A DNA stretch of 64,000 nt, from assembly GCA_963662795.1 (NCBI GenBank), contig OY759746.1:2688001-2752000 (forward strand). Direction: 5' to 3'. This DNA comes from Spirochaetia bacterium (GTDB taxonomy: Bacteria; Spirochaetota; Spirochaetia; CADAEX01). Every line of letters starts with the position of its first letter. Positions within the stretch are counted from its first letter, which is position 1. The notes under the pieces are model-generated. The model made no database searches, was not told the origin of the DNA, and saw only the letters and a program-made list of their open reading frames with translations. The position numbers were made by a program, and so were the translations under genes. Shown here one piece after another: positions 10,680 to 20,431 of this stretch.

Positions 10680-11525
10680 TTAAAGTTTATTAATTACAGA
10701 ATAGTATATCGGCCCTGATCCGCCTGTTTTATCAGGCATGATCAGATTTCCCCATTCAGTTTTTTCAGGAATGAAATCCCGTCCGGAGCCGGCTTCTTCG
10801 ATTTTATCTGATATTATCTCAAACAGGCCTGCCCTTTTTTTAAAAAGCTTTTCAATAATTCCATCGTTTTCTGAAGGTGATATTGAGCATGTTGAATAAA
10901 CAATTTTTCCTCCATGCTTTGCAGCATCGAGTGCGGCGGCAAGCATGGCGAACTGTCTTTCCGAAAGCTGCCTTGACCGCGCCGGGCTCCAGTTATCGAG
11001 GTGGGGTTTTGACAGATACACATGCCGCTCCGATGAGCAGGGAGCGTCAAGCAGAACGCGGTCGTAAATATTTTTCTCATATATGCCCCACCTCGAGGCA
11101 TCGTGGCCTGTTACTGTAACGCTTTCGCGCAGCCGGGGGGGGAGAGAACCTTCAAGCACTTTTATAAGGCGGTTTCTGCGGTCAGGCGACCTGTCGTTTG
11201 CAGTTATTGTCCCGCTGCATTTGCCGTCATCTTTTTCCCGGCTTCCTGTGCCCGGCGCCTGCGCGAGCGCGAGCGCTATAAGAAGGGTTTTCCCCCCCGG
11301 CGCCGCGCACATGTCAAGTATCTTCTGCCCCGGCGCTATGTCAAGCGCGCGGACCGGATAAACAGAAGCGCTGTCCATGTAATACGGGGATAAAAGGCCT
11401 TCCCCTAAAATCATATAATCAGGTTCTTTTTCAAACGCCTCTTTTAAACTGTCCCAGCGGGATCCGTATATTGATTCATAAAAATCATTAAAAGCTTTTT
11501 CGCCTTTTAACTTTATTTTTTTCAC
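10680..11525 (-). CDS. RsmB/NOP (Sun) family RNA m5C methyltransferase
   Basis: LDMCAAPGGKT, VLLDAPCS, VYSTCS (both catalytic cysteines present). Confidence 0.9.
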   Translation of the reverse strand: MKKIKLKGEKAFNDFYESIYGSRWDSLKEAFEKEPDYMILGEGLLSPYYMDSASVYPVRALDIAPGQKILDMCAAPGGKTLLIALALAQAPGTGSREKDDGKCSGTITANDRSPDRRNRLIKVLEGSLPPRLRESVTVTGHDASRWGIYEKNIYDRVLLDAPCSSERHVYLSKPHLDNWSPARSRQLSERQFAMLAAALDAAKHGGKIVYSTCSISPSENDGIIEKLFKKRAGLFEIISDKIEEAGSGRDFIPEKTEWGNLIMPDKTGGSGPIYYSVINKL

Positions 11526-11629
11526 TTTAACTGTCTGTCCCTGTTTGGATAATCTTATTAAAATTGCTATATTGTACCCGGAGCAGAGGTATTTTTACAT
11601 CTGGTTAATAAAATGTCAAATGAGGAATT

Positions 11630-12283
11630 ATGAAATATAAAGCAGCTATATTTGATCTTGACGGGACCCTGATCGAAACAGCAGATGATATCGGTTTTTA
11701 CATCAATTTGATTCTCAAGAGGCACTCGTTCCCCGAAATCAGCCTTGATAATGTATCCTCAATTGTAGGATGGGGCCTAAAGGATGCCATGGAAAAAGCA
11801 CTCTCCGGAGCTGAACCTGATGACAAAAAAATTGAGAAATACACAGAAGAACTGATCGAAGAGTATGCTCTTGACCCTGTAATAGATACCTATATTTATG
11901 ATGGGATTGTTGAACTTTTAAAAAAAATCGAAATGAAAGGGATAAAAAGCGCTGTTTACTCGAACAAGGCTCATCCAGTAACAACGCGGATTGTTGATAA
12001 GCTTTTCCCGTCAGGGCAGTTCGAAATTGTAAGAGGTGCTGTGGAAGGGTTTCCCAAAAAACCCAATCCTGACGGGGCATTGCTGATTGCGGAAAAATTA
12101 GGCTTTAAACCACAGGATATCCTGTACATAGGAGATTCCGATGTCGACTGCCTCACCGCGAAAAACGGCGGGTTTGATTTTGCCGCGGTACTCTGGGGGT
12201 ACAGGACAAAAGAGCAGCTTGAGAAAGCCGGAGCGGCAAAGTTTGCTTTAAAGCCTTCCGACCTTGTTGATTTCTTAATCTGA
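11630..12283 (+). CDS. HAD-superfamily hydrolase (phosphoglycolate phosphatase-like)
   Basis: FDLDGTL, SNK, KKPNP, YIGDSDVD. Confidence 0.88.
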   Translation: MKYKAAIFDLDGTLIETADDIGFYINLILKRHSFPEISLDNVSSIVGWGLKDAMEKALSGAEPDDKKIEKYTEELIEEYALDPVIDTYIYDGIVELLKKIEMKGIKSAVYSNKAHPVTTRIVDKLFPSGQFEIVRGAVEGFPKKPNPDGALLIAEKLGFKPQDILYIGDSDVDCLTAKNGGFDFAAVLWGYRTKEQLEKAGAAKFALKPSDLVDFLI

Positions 12284-12353
12284 TTTGATTTTTACGTCAA
12301 ACAATGTATTATATAATTATACTTGATAAATATACCTGTGAAGGAAGGATGTC

Positions 12354-14105
12354 ATGGAAAAAAATGAAATAAAAAAACTGGCAGAAGAATATATCAGACT
12401 TGAAAAGGTCATGGACTTCCGGGATGAGGTTTCAAAACTGCTTTCTGAAGAAAATTACAGCGAGCTTGGAGACCGGTTCTACAGGGAGCTTGATTTTGGG
12501 ACAGGGGGGATCCGGGGAGTTATCGGAGGGGGTTACAACAGGCTGAATCCTTTCATAATAAGAAAAACAACACAGGGACTTGCAAACTACATCAACAAGG
12601 CTGTAAAGCATGACAGCGGGGGAAGCGGAAATGAGGCGTCTGTCGCAATTGCCTATGATTCAAGAAGATTCTCGCCCCTTTTTGCACTGGAGGCGGCGCT
12701 TGTTCTATGCGCAAACAATATCAGGGTTAATCTGTTTACATCCTTAAGACCGACGCCTGAGCTCTCCTTTGCGGTAAGGGAGTTGGGCTGTACCGCCGGT
12801 ATTGTAATTACCGCAAGCCATAATCCTGCAGAATATAACGGATATAAGGTTTCCTGGTCAGACGGAGGGCAGGTAGTAGAGCCCCATGACAGGCTGATAA
12901 TAGAAGAAGTACGCAACAGCGCGGGAGAAGATATCAGGGAAATGACGGAGAAAGAGGCCGTTGATAAAAAGCTTCTTAAATATATTGACCGTGAAATTGA
13001 TGAGCCTTACCTTGAAATGGTAAAAGGGTGCTTCCTCCGGCCTGATCTCGTAAGAAAGAAGGGAAAGACACTGAAAATTGTCTATACGCCGCTCCACGGC
13101 GCAGGAAGGATCTCTGTCGAAAAGGCACTGAAAGATGCAGGGATTGATGTAATTACAGTACCGGAGCAGGCAGAACCTGACGGCAATTTCCCGACTGTAA
13201 AGTTTCCTAATCCAGAAGAAGCTTCAGCGATGGCTATGGCTTTAAAACTTGCCGGTGAAGTCGATGCGGACCTTGTAATGGGGACTGACCCCGATTCGGA
13301 CAGGATAGGGATCGCAGTCCCGGACGGCGGGGAATTTACACTTATAAACGGAAACCAGCTCGGTTCAATGCTTTCTTACTACATCCTTTCGACCCTAAAG
13401 GCGCAGGGAAGGATGCCGGATAAACCTGCCATTATAAAAACAATTGTCACAACTGAACTTCAGCGCCTCATAGGCGAGAGTTTCGGGGTCAGCGTTTATG
13501 ATGTTCTTACCGGATTCAAGTGGATTGCAGACCTTATTGCCAGATTTGAAAAAACAGGCGAGAATTATGTTTTCGGCGGAGAGGAAAGCTACGGCTTTCT
13601 TGTCGGGACCAGGGTGCGTGACAAGGATGCGGTTTCAGCTGCAGTTGTAACAGCTGAAATGGCTCTCTTCAGCAGGGAAAACGGAATGTCTGTTCTTGAT
13701 TTTCTCAATTCGATATATGAAAAATACGGATATTTCAGAGAGAGCCAGGTATCGGGGACATTCAAAGGGCAGAGCGGTCTTGAGATTATGAAAAACCTTA
13801 TGGGCGGTTTGAGAAGCTCTCCGCCTGAACAGATCGGCGGGATCAGGATAAAAGAAGCAAGGGATTACAAGAACAGAATAACAATCAACAATATTAAACT
13901 CCCTGAAGCAGATGTTCTTCAGTTTTCCCTTGAAGACGGCAGCATGATTACTGTACGCCCCTCAGGTACGGAGCCGAAGATAAAGTTCTATATTTCCTGC
14001 AGGGAAAAACCGGGTAAGAAACTTGAACAGGCAAAAGCTGATGCAGGAATAAAAGCCGCGGCAATGGAAAAAGATATTAAAAAAATAATAGACAGCGCAA
14101 ACTAG
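12354..14105 (+). CDS. pgm: Phosphoglucomutase/phosphomannomutase
   Basis: FGTGGIRG, TASHNP, TDPDSDR, GGEESYG, RPSGTEPKIKFY. Confidence 0.92.
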   Translation: MEKNEIKKLAEEYIRLEKVMDFRDEVSKLLSEENYSELGDRFYRELDFGTGGIRGVIGGGYNRLNPFIIRKTTQGLANYINKAVKHDSGGSGNEASVAIAYDSRRFSPLFALEAALVLCANNIRVNLFTSLRPTPELSFAVRELGCTAGIVITASHNPAEYNGYKVSWSDGGQVVEPHDRLIIEEVRNSAGEDIREMTEKEAVDKKLLKYIDREIDEPYLEMVKGCFLRPDLVRKKGKTLKIVYTPLHGAGRISVEKALKDAGIDVITVPEQAEPDGNFPTVKFPNPEEASAMAMALKLAGEVDADLVMGTDPDSDRIGIAVPDGGEFTLINGNQLGSMLSYYILSTLKAQGRMPDKPAIIKTIVTTELQRLIGESFGVSVYDVLTGFKWIADLIARFEKTGENYVFGGEESYGFLVGTRVRDKDAVSAAVVTAEMALFSRENGMSVLDFLNSIYEKYGYFRESQVSGTFKGQSGLEIMKNLMGGLRSSPPEQIGGIRIKEARDYKNRITINNIKLPEADVLQFSLEDGSMITVRPSGTEPKIKFYISCREKPGKKLEQAKADAGIKAAAMEKDIKKIIDSAN

Positions 14106-14117
14106 GGGGATTATCTA

Positions 14118-14369
14118 ATGGAAAGCGGCGAATGGTACAGGGAAAAAGCGTTTAACGCTAAAAACGGAAAGGATGAATGGAAATATTATTATATAAGGGA
14201 GCTTATTCCGGAAAACAATTCAGCTGAAATGGATGTTTACAGAATTTATTTTGACGGCAGGATCTCAGCTCCGAGAAAATGGACATCCCCTTCCGATCTG
14301 ATTGAAACGATGACCAAAGTTTCAGGTGATTATGCTTGTTCTGTTCTTAAAATAAAACCGCCGCAGTAA
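14118..14369 (+). CDS. Small hypothetical protein (83 aa)
   Basis: ATG 12 nt after the pgm stop with an AGGGGG RBS; no recognisable motif. Confidence 0.6.
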   Translation: MESGEWYREKAFNAKNGKDEWKYYYIRELIPENNSAEMDVYRIYFDGRISAPRKWTSPSDLIETMTKVSGDYACSVLKIKPPQ

Positions 14370-14407
14370 TTTTTTTAAGTCCTCTGCGGCGATGCGCCGT
14401 AACCGGT

Positions 14408-14911
14408 TTATTCTTCTGTATCTACCGGAGTTTTGCTTTCGGTTATGGTGCCGTCTACATCACCCGGCAGATACGGTATTTTCAGGTTGAAAGATTTATA
14501 AACTACAAAAGTTTCAGAGACTGTTATCCCCTTTATCTGAGAAAGTTCCTGGTCAAGGAACTCAAGTATCCCCAGTTCCTTGTCGAGATGAACAAGAATA
14601 ATAAAATCATATCTTCCTGTAACAACGCAGACATGTATAACCCTTTTTAGTTTGCTCAGCTTTTCTCCTGTTTTGACATAGCTTAAGTCCTTGACCTGAA
14701 TTCCCACAAGTACAATCTGGTGGTCCTGCAGTACTTCTGGGTTAAGCACTGTTGTAATATCAATTACCTTGTCTTTTTCAAGTTTTCTTACTCTTGATTT
14801 TACAGTGTTTTCCGCAATTGAAAGATCATCCGCTATTTCCTTATAGGATTTTCTCCCTTTCTGAAGATGGGAAATGATTTTTTTATTAAGTTCATCAAGT
14901 TTAATATGCAT
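14408..14911 (-). CDS. Lrp/AsnC family transcriptional regulator
   Basis: LDELNKKIISHLQKGRKSYKEIADDLSIAENTVKSRVRKL HTH; VTGRYDF RAM domain. ATG 14911 has a GGAG RBS. Divergent from gcvT. Confidence 0.9.
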   Translation of the reverse strand: MHIKLDELNKKIISHLQKGRKSYKEIADDLSIAENTVKSRVRKLEKDKVIDITTVLNPEVLQDHQIVLVGIQVKDLSYVKTGEKLSKLKRVIHVCVVTGRYDFIILVHLDKELGILEFLDQELSQIKGITVSETFVVYKSFNLKIPYLPGDVDGTITESKTPVDTEE

Positions 14912-15012
14912 AAATTGTTCTCCCGTCTTATTATACAGCCAATAACTTTTTTCTGCAATTTTAAAATGTGCAATTAATGATGAAAACATATAAGATTAAG
15001 ATAAAATATGAT

Positions 15013-15062
15013 TATATTATCAATAATATATTGACAAATTGATTATATGGGATAAGTATAAT
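15013..15062 (+). promoter_or_regulatory. Candidate gcv promoter/operator region
   Basis: Palindrome TATATTAT-CA-ATAATATA (15013-15030) abuts TTGACA (15031-15036). TATAAT at 15057-15062 gives a non-optimal 20-bp spacing. AT-rich context weakens the call. Confidence 0.35.
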
Positions 15063-15109
15063 TAGATAGGTATTTAAAAATCCAGAGTTAGCCTTAAGGA
15101 GGCAGTATT

Positions 15110-16198
15110 ATGGGAAAACGCACTCCCTTATATGAAAAACACTTGCAGCTTGGCGGAAGGATTGTTGATTTTGCAGGCTGGGATCTTCCTGTGCAGTATA
15201 CTTCAGCTATTGAAGAGCACATGGCTGTAAGAACCAATGCAGGAATTTTTGATATTTCGCACATGGGAGAATTCAGTGTAAAGGGAAAAGACAGTCAGAA
15301 TTATCTCGAGTCTCTTGTCCCAACGTCCTTTTCAAAACTGGAAGACGGCAAGGGTATGTACAGCTGCCTCTGTAATGCAAAGGGCGGAATTATTGATGAT
15401 TTATTCATATTCAGGATTGCCGGTGATGATTTTTATCTGGTTGTAAATGCCGGAACAAGGGAAAAAGATTTCAAATGGCTTAAAGCCGGCCTTAAGGGAG
15501 ATGTTGTTCTCGAGGATCTTTCAGATGTAACCGCAAAGATAGATATTCAGGGTCCTTCTTCAAAAAATATTATGCAGAAAATCTTTGCTGACATTGATTT
15601 TGAAGCGCTTGAAAGGTTTCATTTTACCTGGTCAAAGTTCAATGGAAACAGGATCATGATTTCAAATACAGGATATACCGGCGAAGCGGGCTATGAGCTT
15701 TTTATGAATCCTGAGTCAGCGGGAGCGCTGTGGGACATCCTGCTTGAAAAAGGAAAGCCTTTTAATCTTATTCCCTGTGGACTTGCTTCCCGTGATTCAC
15801 TCCGCCTTGAAGCGTGTTATTCACTTTACGGGCATGAGCTTAATGAAAACGTCAATCCGGTAGAAGCCGGGCTTTCCTGGATAGTAAATTCGGATAAGAA
15901 ATATACAGCCTCGGATATTCTCAGAAAGGTCAAGGCGGAAGGGGCTTCCCGGAGAATTGTCTGCCTTGAAATAAAGGAAAAGGGAATACCGCGGGAAGGG
16001 TACAGGGTAATGTATGAAGGAGCTGATATCGGACATGTTACAAGCGGCGGATATTCTCCTGTACTGAAAAAAGGGATAGCGTTTGCGCTTGTAAAAACCG
16101 GAATTGTAAAAACCGGCAGTGATGTTGATATCGTAATCAGGGACAAAAATGTGGGGGCTTCTGTGGTTAAGCGCCCGTTTTATAGTTTTAACGGATAA
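15110..16198 (+). CDS. gcvT: Glycine cleavage system aminomethyltransferase T
   Basis: RTPLY, FAGWDLPVQY, FDISHMGE, TGYTGEAGYE, RDSLRLEA; AAGGAGG RBS. Confidence 0.95.
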   Translation: MGKRTPLYEKHLQLGGRIVDFAGWDLPVQYTSAIEEHMAVRTNAGIFDISHMGEFSVKGKDSQNYLESLVPTSFSKLEDGKGMYSCLCNAKGGIIDDLFIFRIAGDDFYLVVNAGTREKDFKWLKAGLKGDVVLEDLSDVTAKIDIQGPSSKNIMQKIFADIDFEALERFHFTWSKFNGNRIMISNTGYTGEAGYELFMNPESAGALWDILLEKGKPFNLIPCGLASRDSLRLEACYSLYGHELNENVNPVEAGLSWIVNSDKKYTASDILRKVKAEGASRRIVCLEIKEKGIPREGYRVMYEGADIGHVTSGGYSPVLKKGIAFALVKTGIVKTGSDVDIVIRDKNVGASVVKRPFYSFNG

Positions 16199-16210
16199 GG
16201 GAGGAAAGGA

Positions 16211-16621
16211 ATGGATGCAACTAAAGGTAGGGAAGTAAAAGAAGGTTTCAGGTATACGGACAAACACGAGTGGATAAAACCGGACGGGAAAGGGAATGCT
16301 CTTTGCGGGATATCTGATTTTGCCCAAAACAGCCTGGGAGATATAGTCTATGTCGAACTGTCTGCTTCGTCAGGCAGCACTATTTCGGCAGGCGATGTAA
16401 TTGCTGTCGTTGAATCTGCAAAGGCTGCCTCTGATGTATATTCGCCTGTATCGGGAAAGGTGCTTGAATTAAACAGCGCAATTGAGGATGCTCCCGAAAC
16501 AGTGAATAAATCTCCGTATGATGACGGGTGGTTTATAAAACTGGAACTCTCTGATACGGCAGAGCTTGAAAAACTGATGACTCCTGCGCAGTATACCGAT
16601 TTTCTTGCTGCCGGGGGCTGA
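16211..16621 (+). CDS. gcvH: Glycine cleavage system H protein
   Basis: HEW, GISDFAQNSLGDIVYVEL, lipoyl motif VESAKAASDVYSP, NKSPYDDGW. Confidence 0.95.
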   Translation: MDATKGREVKEGFRYTDKHEWIKPDGKGNALCGISDFAQNSLGDIVYVELSASSGSTISAGDVIAVVESAKAASDVYSPVSGKVLELNSAIEDAPETVNKSPYDDGWFIKLELSDTAELEKLMTPAQYTDFLAAGG

Positions 16622-16622
16622 A

Positions 16623-17954
16623 ATGAAATATACCCTTTTAAATAATGATGACAAAACCCTGATGCTTAAAAAAATCGGGGTATCAAAAATTGATGATCTG
16701 TTTGCCGACCTTCCTCAGGATATTCTTCTGGACAAACTTGACGGGCTTCCGGAACCTGTATCGGAAATGGAAATATTTGATATTCTGAAAAGTGAAAGCT
16801 GCAAAAACAGTTCCCGGAGGATGTTTTTGGGTGCGGGAGCATATAACCACTATATACCGGCAGTTGTTGACGATCTTGCGTCAAGATCGGAATTCTATAC
16901 TGCCTATACCCCCTACCAGCCTGAAGTCAGCCAGGGAACACTGACTGCCATATTTGAATTCCAGACCTACATGTGCCGTCTGACCGGTATGGATGTTACC
17001 AACGCAAGCATGTACGACGGTGCAACCTCTCTTGCCGAGGCTGTTATGATGTCAGCAAGGAACAGCAGGAAGGACAAGGTGCTTGTAAGCCGCGCTGTAA
17101 ATCCTGTTTACAGGGAAGTTCTTGCAACATACGCATGGGCCGCCGGTCTTAAAGTTGAGGAAATCCCCCTGAAGGGTCTTGTAACGGATTTTGATGCGGT
17201 TAAAAAGTTATGCGACAATGAAACAGGAGCTGTTGTAATACAGTCTCCCAACTTTTTCGGATGTATAGAGACTCCTGACGCAGCCTCGCCAGGTTTTTCC
17301 GCGTTTAAAGAAGAGAAAAAGCTTGATCTCATTTATACCGTAACTGAAGCCTTAAGCCTCGGCTTTCTTAAAAGTCCTGCCGAAATGGGAGCCGACATTG
17401 TCTGCGGTGAAGCGCAGAGTTTCGGAAGCCCTGTCTCATTCGGCGGCCCGATGCTCGGTTTTATTTCAGCGAAGGAACGCTTTACCCGCAAAATACCCGG
17501 GCGCCTTATAGGGCTTACAGTCGATTCTGACGGTAATAAAGTTTTTGCCCTTACACTTCAGGCCAGGGAGCAGCATATCAGAAGGGAAAAAGCAACTTCC
17601 AATATCTGCTCGAACGAAGGAATTCTTGCGGTCAAGGCTGCTGTTTATCTGGGGACAACAGGTCCTCAGCTTGGAAAACTTGGGAAACTTAATCACAATA
17701 CAGCATCATATCTGCGTGAAAATCTTCTTTCCGCCGGATTTTCCCCGGTCTCCGATGCCCCGTTTTTTAACGAGTTTGTGCTGCATAACGGAAAATCCGG
17801 TTTTGACAGCGCAGCCGCCGGAGCCGGTTTCGACCTGGGCGGATACTTTCCGGAATTCAGGGACTGCACTCTTTTCTGCGCCACAGAGACAGACACAATG
17901 CAGTCGATAGACAATTTTATTGAAAAAATAAAGTCAGGCAGTGTATGGAAATAA
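16623..17954 (+). CDS. gcvPA: Glycine dehydrogenase (decarboxylating) subunit 1
   Basis: FLGAGAY, EFYTAYTPYQPEVSQG, NASMYDGA, REQHIRREKATSNICSN. Confidence 0.95.
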   Translation: MKYTLLNNDDKTLMLKKIGVSKIDDLFADLPQDILLDKLDGLPEPVSEMEIFDILKSESCKNSSRRMFLGAGAYNHYIPAVVDDLASRSEFYTAYTPYQPEVSQGTLTAIFEFQTYMCRLTGMDVTNASMYDGATSLAEAVMMSARNSRKDKVLVSRAVNPVYREVLATYAWAAGLKVEEIPLKGLVTDFDAVKKLCDNETGAVVIQSPNFFGCIETPDAASPGFSAFKEEKKLDLIYTVTEALSLGFLKSPAEMGADIVCGEAQSFGSPVSFGGPMLGFISAKERFTRKIPGRLIGLTVDSDGNKVFALTLQAREQHIRREKATSNICSNEGILAVKAAVYLGTTGPQLGKLGKLNHNTASYLRENLLSAGFSPVSDAPFFNEFVLHNGKSGFDSAAAGAGFDLGGYFPEFRDCTLFCATETDTMQSIDNFIEKIKSGSVWK

Positions 17955-19366
17955 TATTTGACAAAAGCAAAACAGGAAAAAACAGCTATGCTGTGCCGCA
18001 GTGGAAAGGAAAGGAATATCCGCTTGATAACAGATATATCGGAAATTCCGGAACCTCTCTTCCTGATGTCGGCGAGTCGGAACTTGTAAGGCACTATGTA
18101 AATCTCTCCAAAAAGAATTTCTGCGTGGATGAGAACATGTATCCGCTGGGCAGCTGCACAATGAAATATAACCCCAAGATCAATGAGAAGCTTGCATCTG
18201 ATCCGGGATTCACGGCCCTTCATCCCCTTTGCGGCCCGGAATCATCGCAGGGTGCGCTTAAAATCATATTCGAACTTGAAGAATACCTTAAAAAAATTAC
18301 AGGGATGAAAGGAGTTACGCTTCTTCCCGCAGCCGGTTCCCACGGGGAACTTACAGGTGTGATGCTTATAAAAAAGCACTTTGAGAAAACAGGCGAAATG
18401 AGGGATACAATTATAATCCCTGATTCAGCCCATGGTACCAACCCGGCATCTGTTGCCATGTGCGGTTTCAAACTTAAAGAGGTAAAGTCCACTCCTGAAG
18501 GCGATGTCGATATCCAGGCTCTTGAAGGGATGATAGATAAAAATACAGCAGGAATGATGCTGACAAGCCCCGGCACAACAGGACTTTTTGACAGAAATAT
18601 AAAGAAAATAGCAAAGATGCTCCATGATAACGGCTCTCTTTTTTATGGAGACGGCGCAAACCTTAACGCGACACTCGGCAAGGCAAGGTTTGCCGATATG
18701 GGCTTTGACATAATGCATATGAACCTTCACAAGACTTTCTCCACTCCTCACGGAGGGGGAGGCCCGGGCGCAGGTCCTGTTGCTGTAGTTGAAAGCCTGA
18801 TAAAGTATCTGCCTGTACCCCGTGTTGTGAAAAAGGGAGGACAGTATGCTTTTGAAACAGATCTGCCGGATACAATCGGAAGGGTACACAGTTTCGCAGG
18901 TAATTTTCTTATCTATTTAAGGGCTTATGTCTATATCAGGCTTCTTGGGGCTGCCGGTTTAAAGGATGTTTCTGAAACAGCTGTCCTGAACGCGAATTAC
19001 CTTCTTTCCCTTCTGAAGGATGATTATAACTGGCCTATCAGGCGAAAATGCATGCATGAATTCATAATCAACGATAAAGGTTTTCCGTCAGGGATAACAA
19101 CAGACCATATCTCAAAAAGGATTCTTGATTACGGATTCCACGCACCGACAGTATTTTTCCCTCTGATTGTTGAACACAGCATCATGATAGAACCTACTGA
19201 GACGGAAAACCGCGAAACGCTTGAAAATTTTGCGGATGTCATGAAGAAAATTAAAAAAGAGGCGTTTGAAACACCTGAAATTGTTCTGAACGCACCTCAT
19301 AAAACCCCCATAAGGAGGGCTGATGTTGTCCAGGCCGCAAGAACTCCGATCCTGAAGTGGGAATAA
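17945..19366 (+). CDS. gcvPB: Glycine dehydrogenase (decarboxylating) subunit 2
   Basis: YPLGSCTMKYNPK, SAHGTNPAS, PLP motif HMNLHKTFSTPHGGGGPG, MIEPTETE. Confidence 0.95.
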   Translation: MEIIFDKSKTGKNSYAVPQWKGKEYPLDNRYIGNSGTSLPDVGESELVRHYVNLSKKNFCVDENMYPLGSCTMKYNPKINEKLASDPGFTALHPLCGPESSQGALKIIFELEEYLKKITGMKGVTLLPAAGSHGELTGVMLIKKHFEKTGEMRDTIIIPDSAHGTNPASVAMCGFKLKEVKSTPEGDVDIQALEGMIDKNTAGMMLTSPGTTGLFDRNIKKIAKMLHDNGSLFYGDGANLNATLGKARFADMGFDIMHMNLHKTFSTPHGGGGPGAGPVAVVESLIKYLPVPRVVKKGGQYAFETDLPDTIGRVHSFAGNFLIYLRAYVYIRLLGAAGLKDVSETAVLNANYLLSLLKDDYNWPIRRKCMHEFIINDKGFPSGITTDHISKRILDYGFHAPTVFFPLIVEHSIMIEPTETENRETLENFADVMKKIKKEAFETPEIVLNAPHKTPIRRADVVQAARTPILKWE

Positions 19367-19386
19367 TCGGGGGGAACTGACAGACA

Positions 19387-19429
19387 GGCTGCATTCCATG
19401 CTGGAGATAGTATGGAATGCAGCTATTTT
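19387..19429 (+). terminator. Probable intrinsic terminator of the gcv operon
   Basis: Stem GCTGCATTCCAT / ATGGAATGCAGC followed by TATTTT. Confidence 0.7.
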
Positions 19430-19477
19430 ATGTGAAAAAAATATAACAAACCAAGTTTATAGTATTATAATAATGTC

Positions 19478-20431
19478 ATGAACGACAATAAACTGCTTGT
19501 TTCCATGACCCTGAATCCGGCGATTGACAAGATTATTGAACTTGAAAAATTCAGGTACGGTAAGATGAACCGTATTGATGCCAGTTCAATGACAATTGCC
19601 GGAAAGGGATATCATGTAGCCATTACTTACCAGTTACTGGGCGGTAATGCTTTCTGCCTCGGCTACAGCTTCAAGCACAACAGGATAATGACTGAGAAAT
19701 ATTTTCAGGAAAACAGCCTTCCGAATGAATTCTGCGAAGTAAACGGAGATCTCCGTGTAAATTTGAAAATGCATGATAACGCGACAGGAAAGATAACCGA
19801 GATAAACGACAGGGGATGTGAAATCGGAAAAAAGGATATTGAAGCAGTGTTTGATCTTTTCAGAAAATATCTTTCTGAAGATGGTTTATTTGTTTTTACA
19901 GGAAGTATTCCTCCCGGAGTCTACCCCGAAATTTACAGGGATATGATAGCTGAATCTGTCGGGAAAGGAAAAAGATCAGTTCTTGGCGGGGAAGGGCTTC
20001 CCATGCTGAAAGGTATTGAGGGCAAACCTTATCTTCTTAAAGCAAATACTTACGAAGTTGAACAGACTTTTGGAATCAGTATAAATAACATCAGTGAAGC
20101 TGCCGCATTTTGCAGTAAAATCAATAGAATGGGTGTGGAAATTGTCAGCATAACTCTCGGCGAAAATGGAGCTGTAATATCTGACGGTAATAATATGTTT
20201 TCCGCTCTCCTTCCTGTCAGGCTGAGCAATATTTATCCGCTTGGCGCCGGAAACGCATTTCTGGGAGCCTTGTGCCGGGGAATCAACTTTGAGGGAAAAT
20301 CTGATATTGAAGAAATGCTGCGCAGCGGGGTTGCCGCCGCGTCAGCCAGAATTGCAAATACAAATAAAAAGTATCTTGATATTGAAAGGTACAAAAACTT
20401 CAGGCAGCAGGTCGAAGTAAGGTCTCTTTAA
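19478..20431 (+). CDS. PfkB/1-phosphofructokinase-family hexose kinase (catalytic Asp appears replaced by Asn)
   Basis: TLNPAID, AGKG, TGSIPPG, ITLGENGA; C-terminal signature reads PLGAGNAF rather than GAGD. Confidence 0.85.
   Translation: MNDNKLLVSMTLNPAIDKIIELEKFRYGKMNRIDASSMTIAGKGYHVAITYQLLGGNAFCLGYSFKHNRIMTEKYFQENSLPNEFCEVNGDLRVNLKMHDNATGKITEINDRGCEIGKKDIEAVFDLFRKYLSEDGLFVFTGSIPPGVYPEIYRDMIAESVGKGKRSVLGGEGLPMLKGIEGKPYLLKANTYEVEQTFGISINNISEAAAFCSKINRMGVEIVSITLGENGAVISDGNNMFSALLPVRLSNIYPLGAGNAFLGALCRGINFEGKSDIEEMLRSGVAAASARIANTNKKYLDIERYKNFRQQVEVRSL

Noticed and set aside
14912-15109. Glycine riboswitch upstream of gcvT
   Set aside because: The region is very AT-rich and lacks the conserved aptamer motifs and stems.
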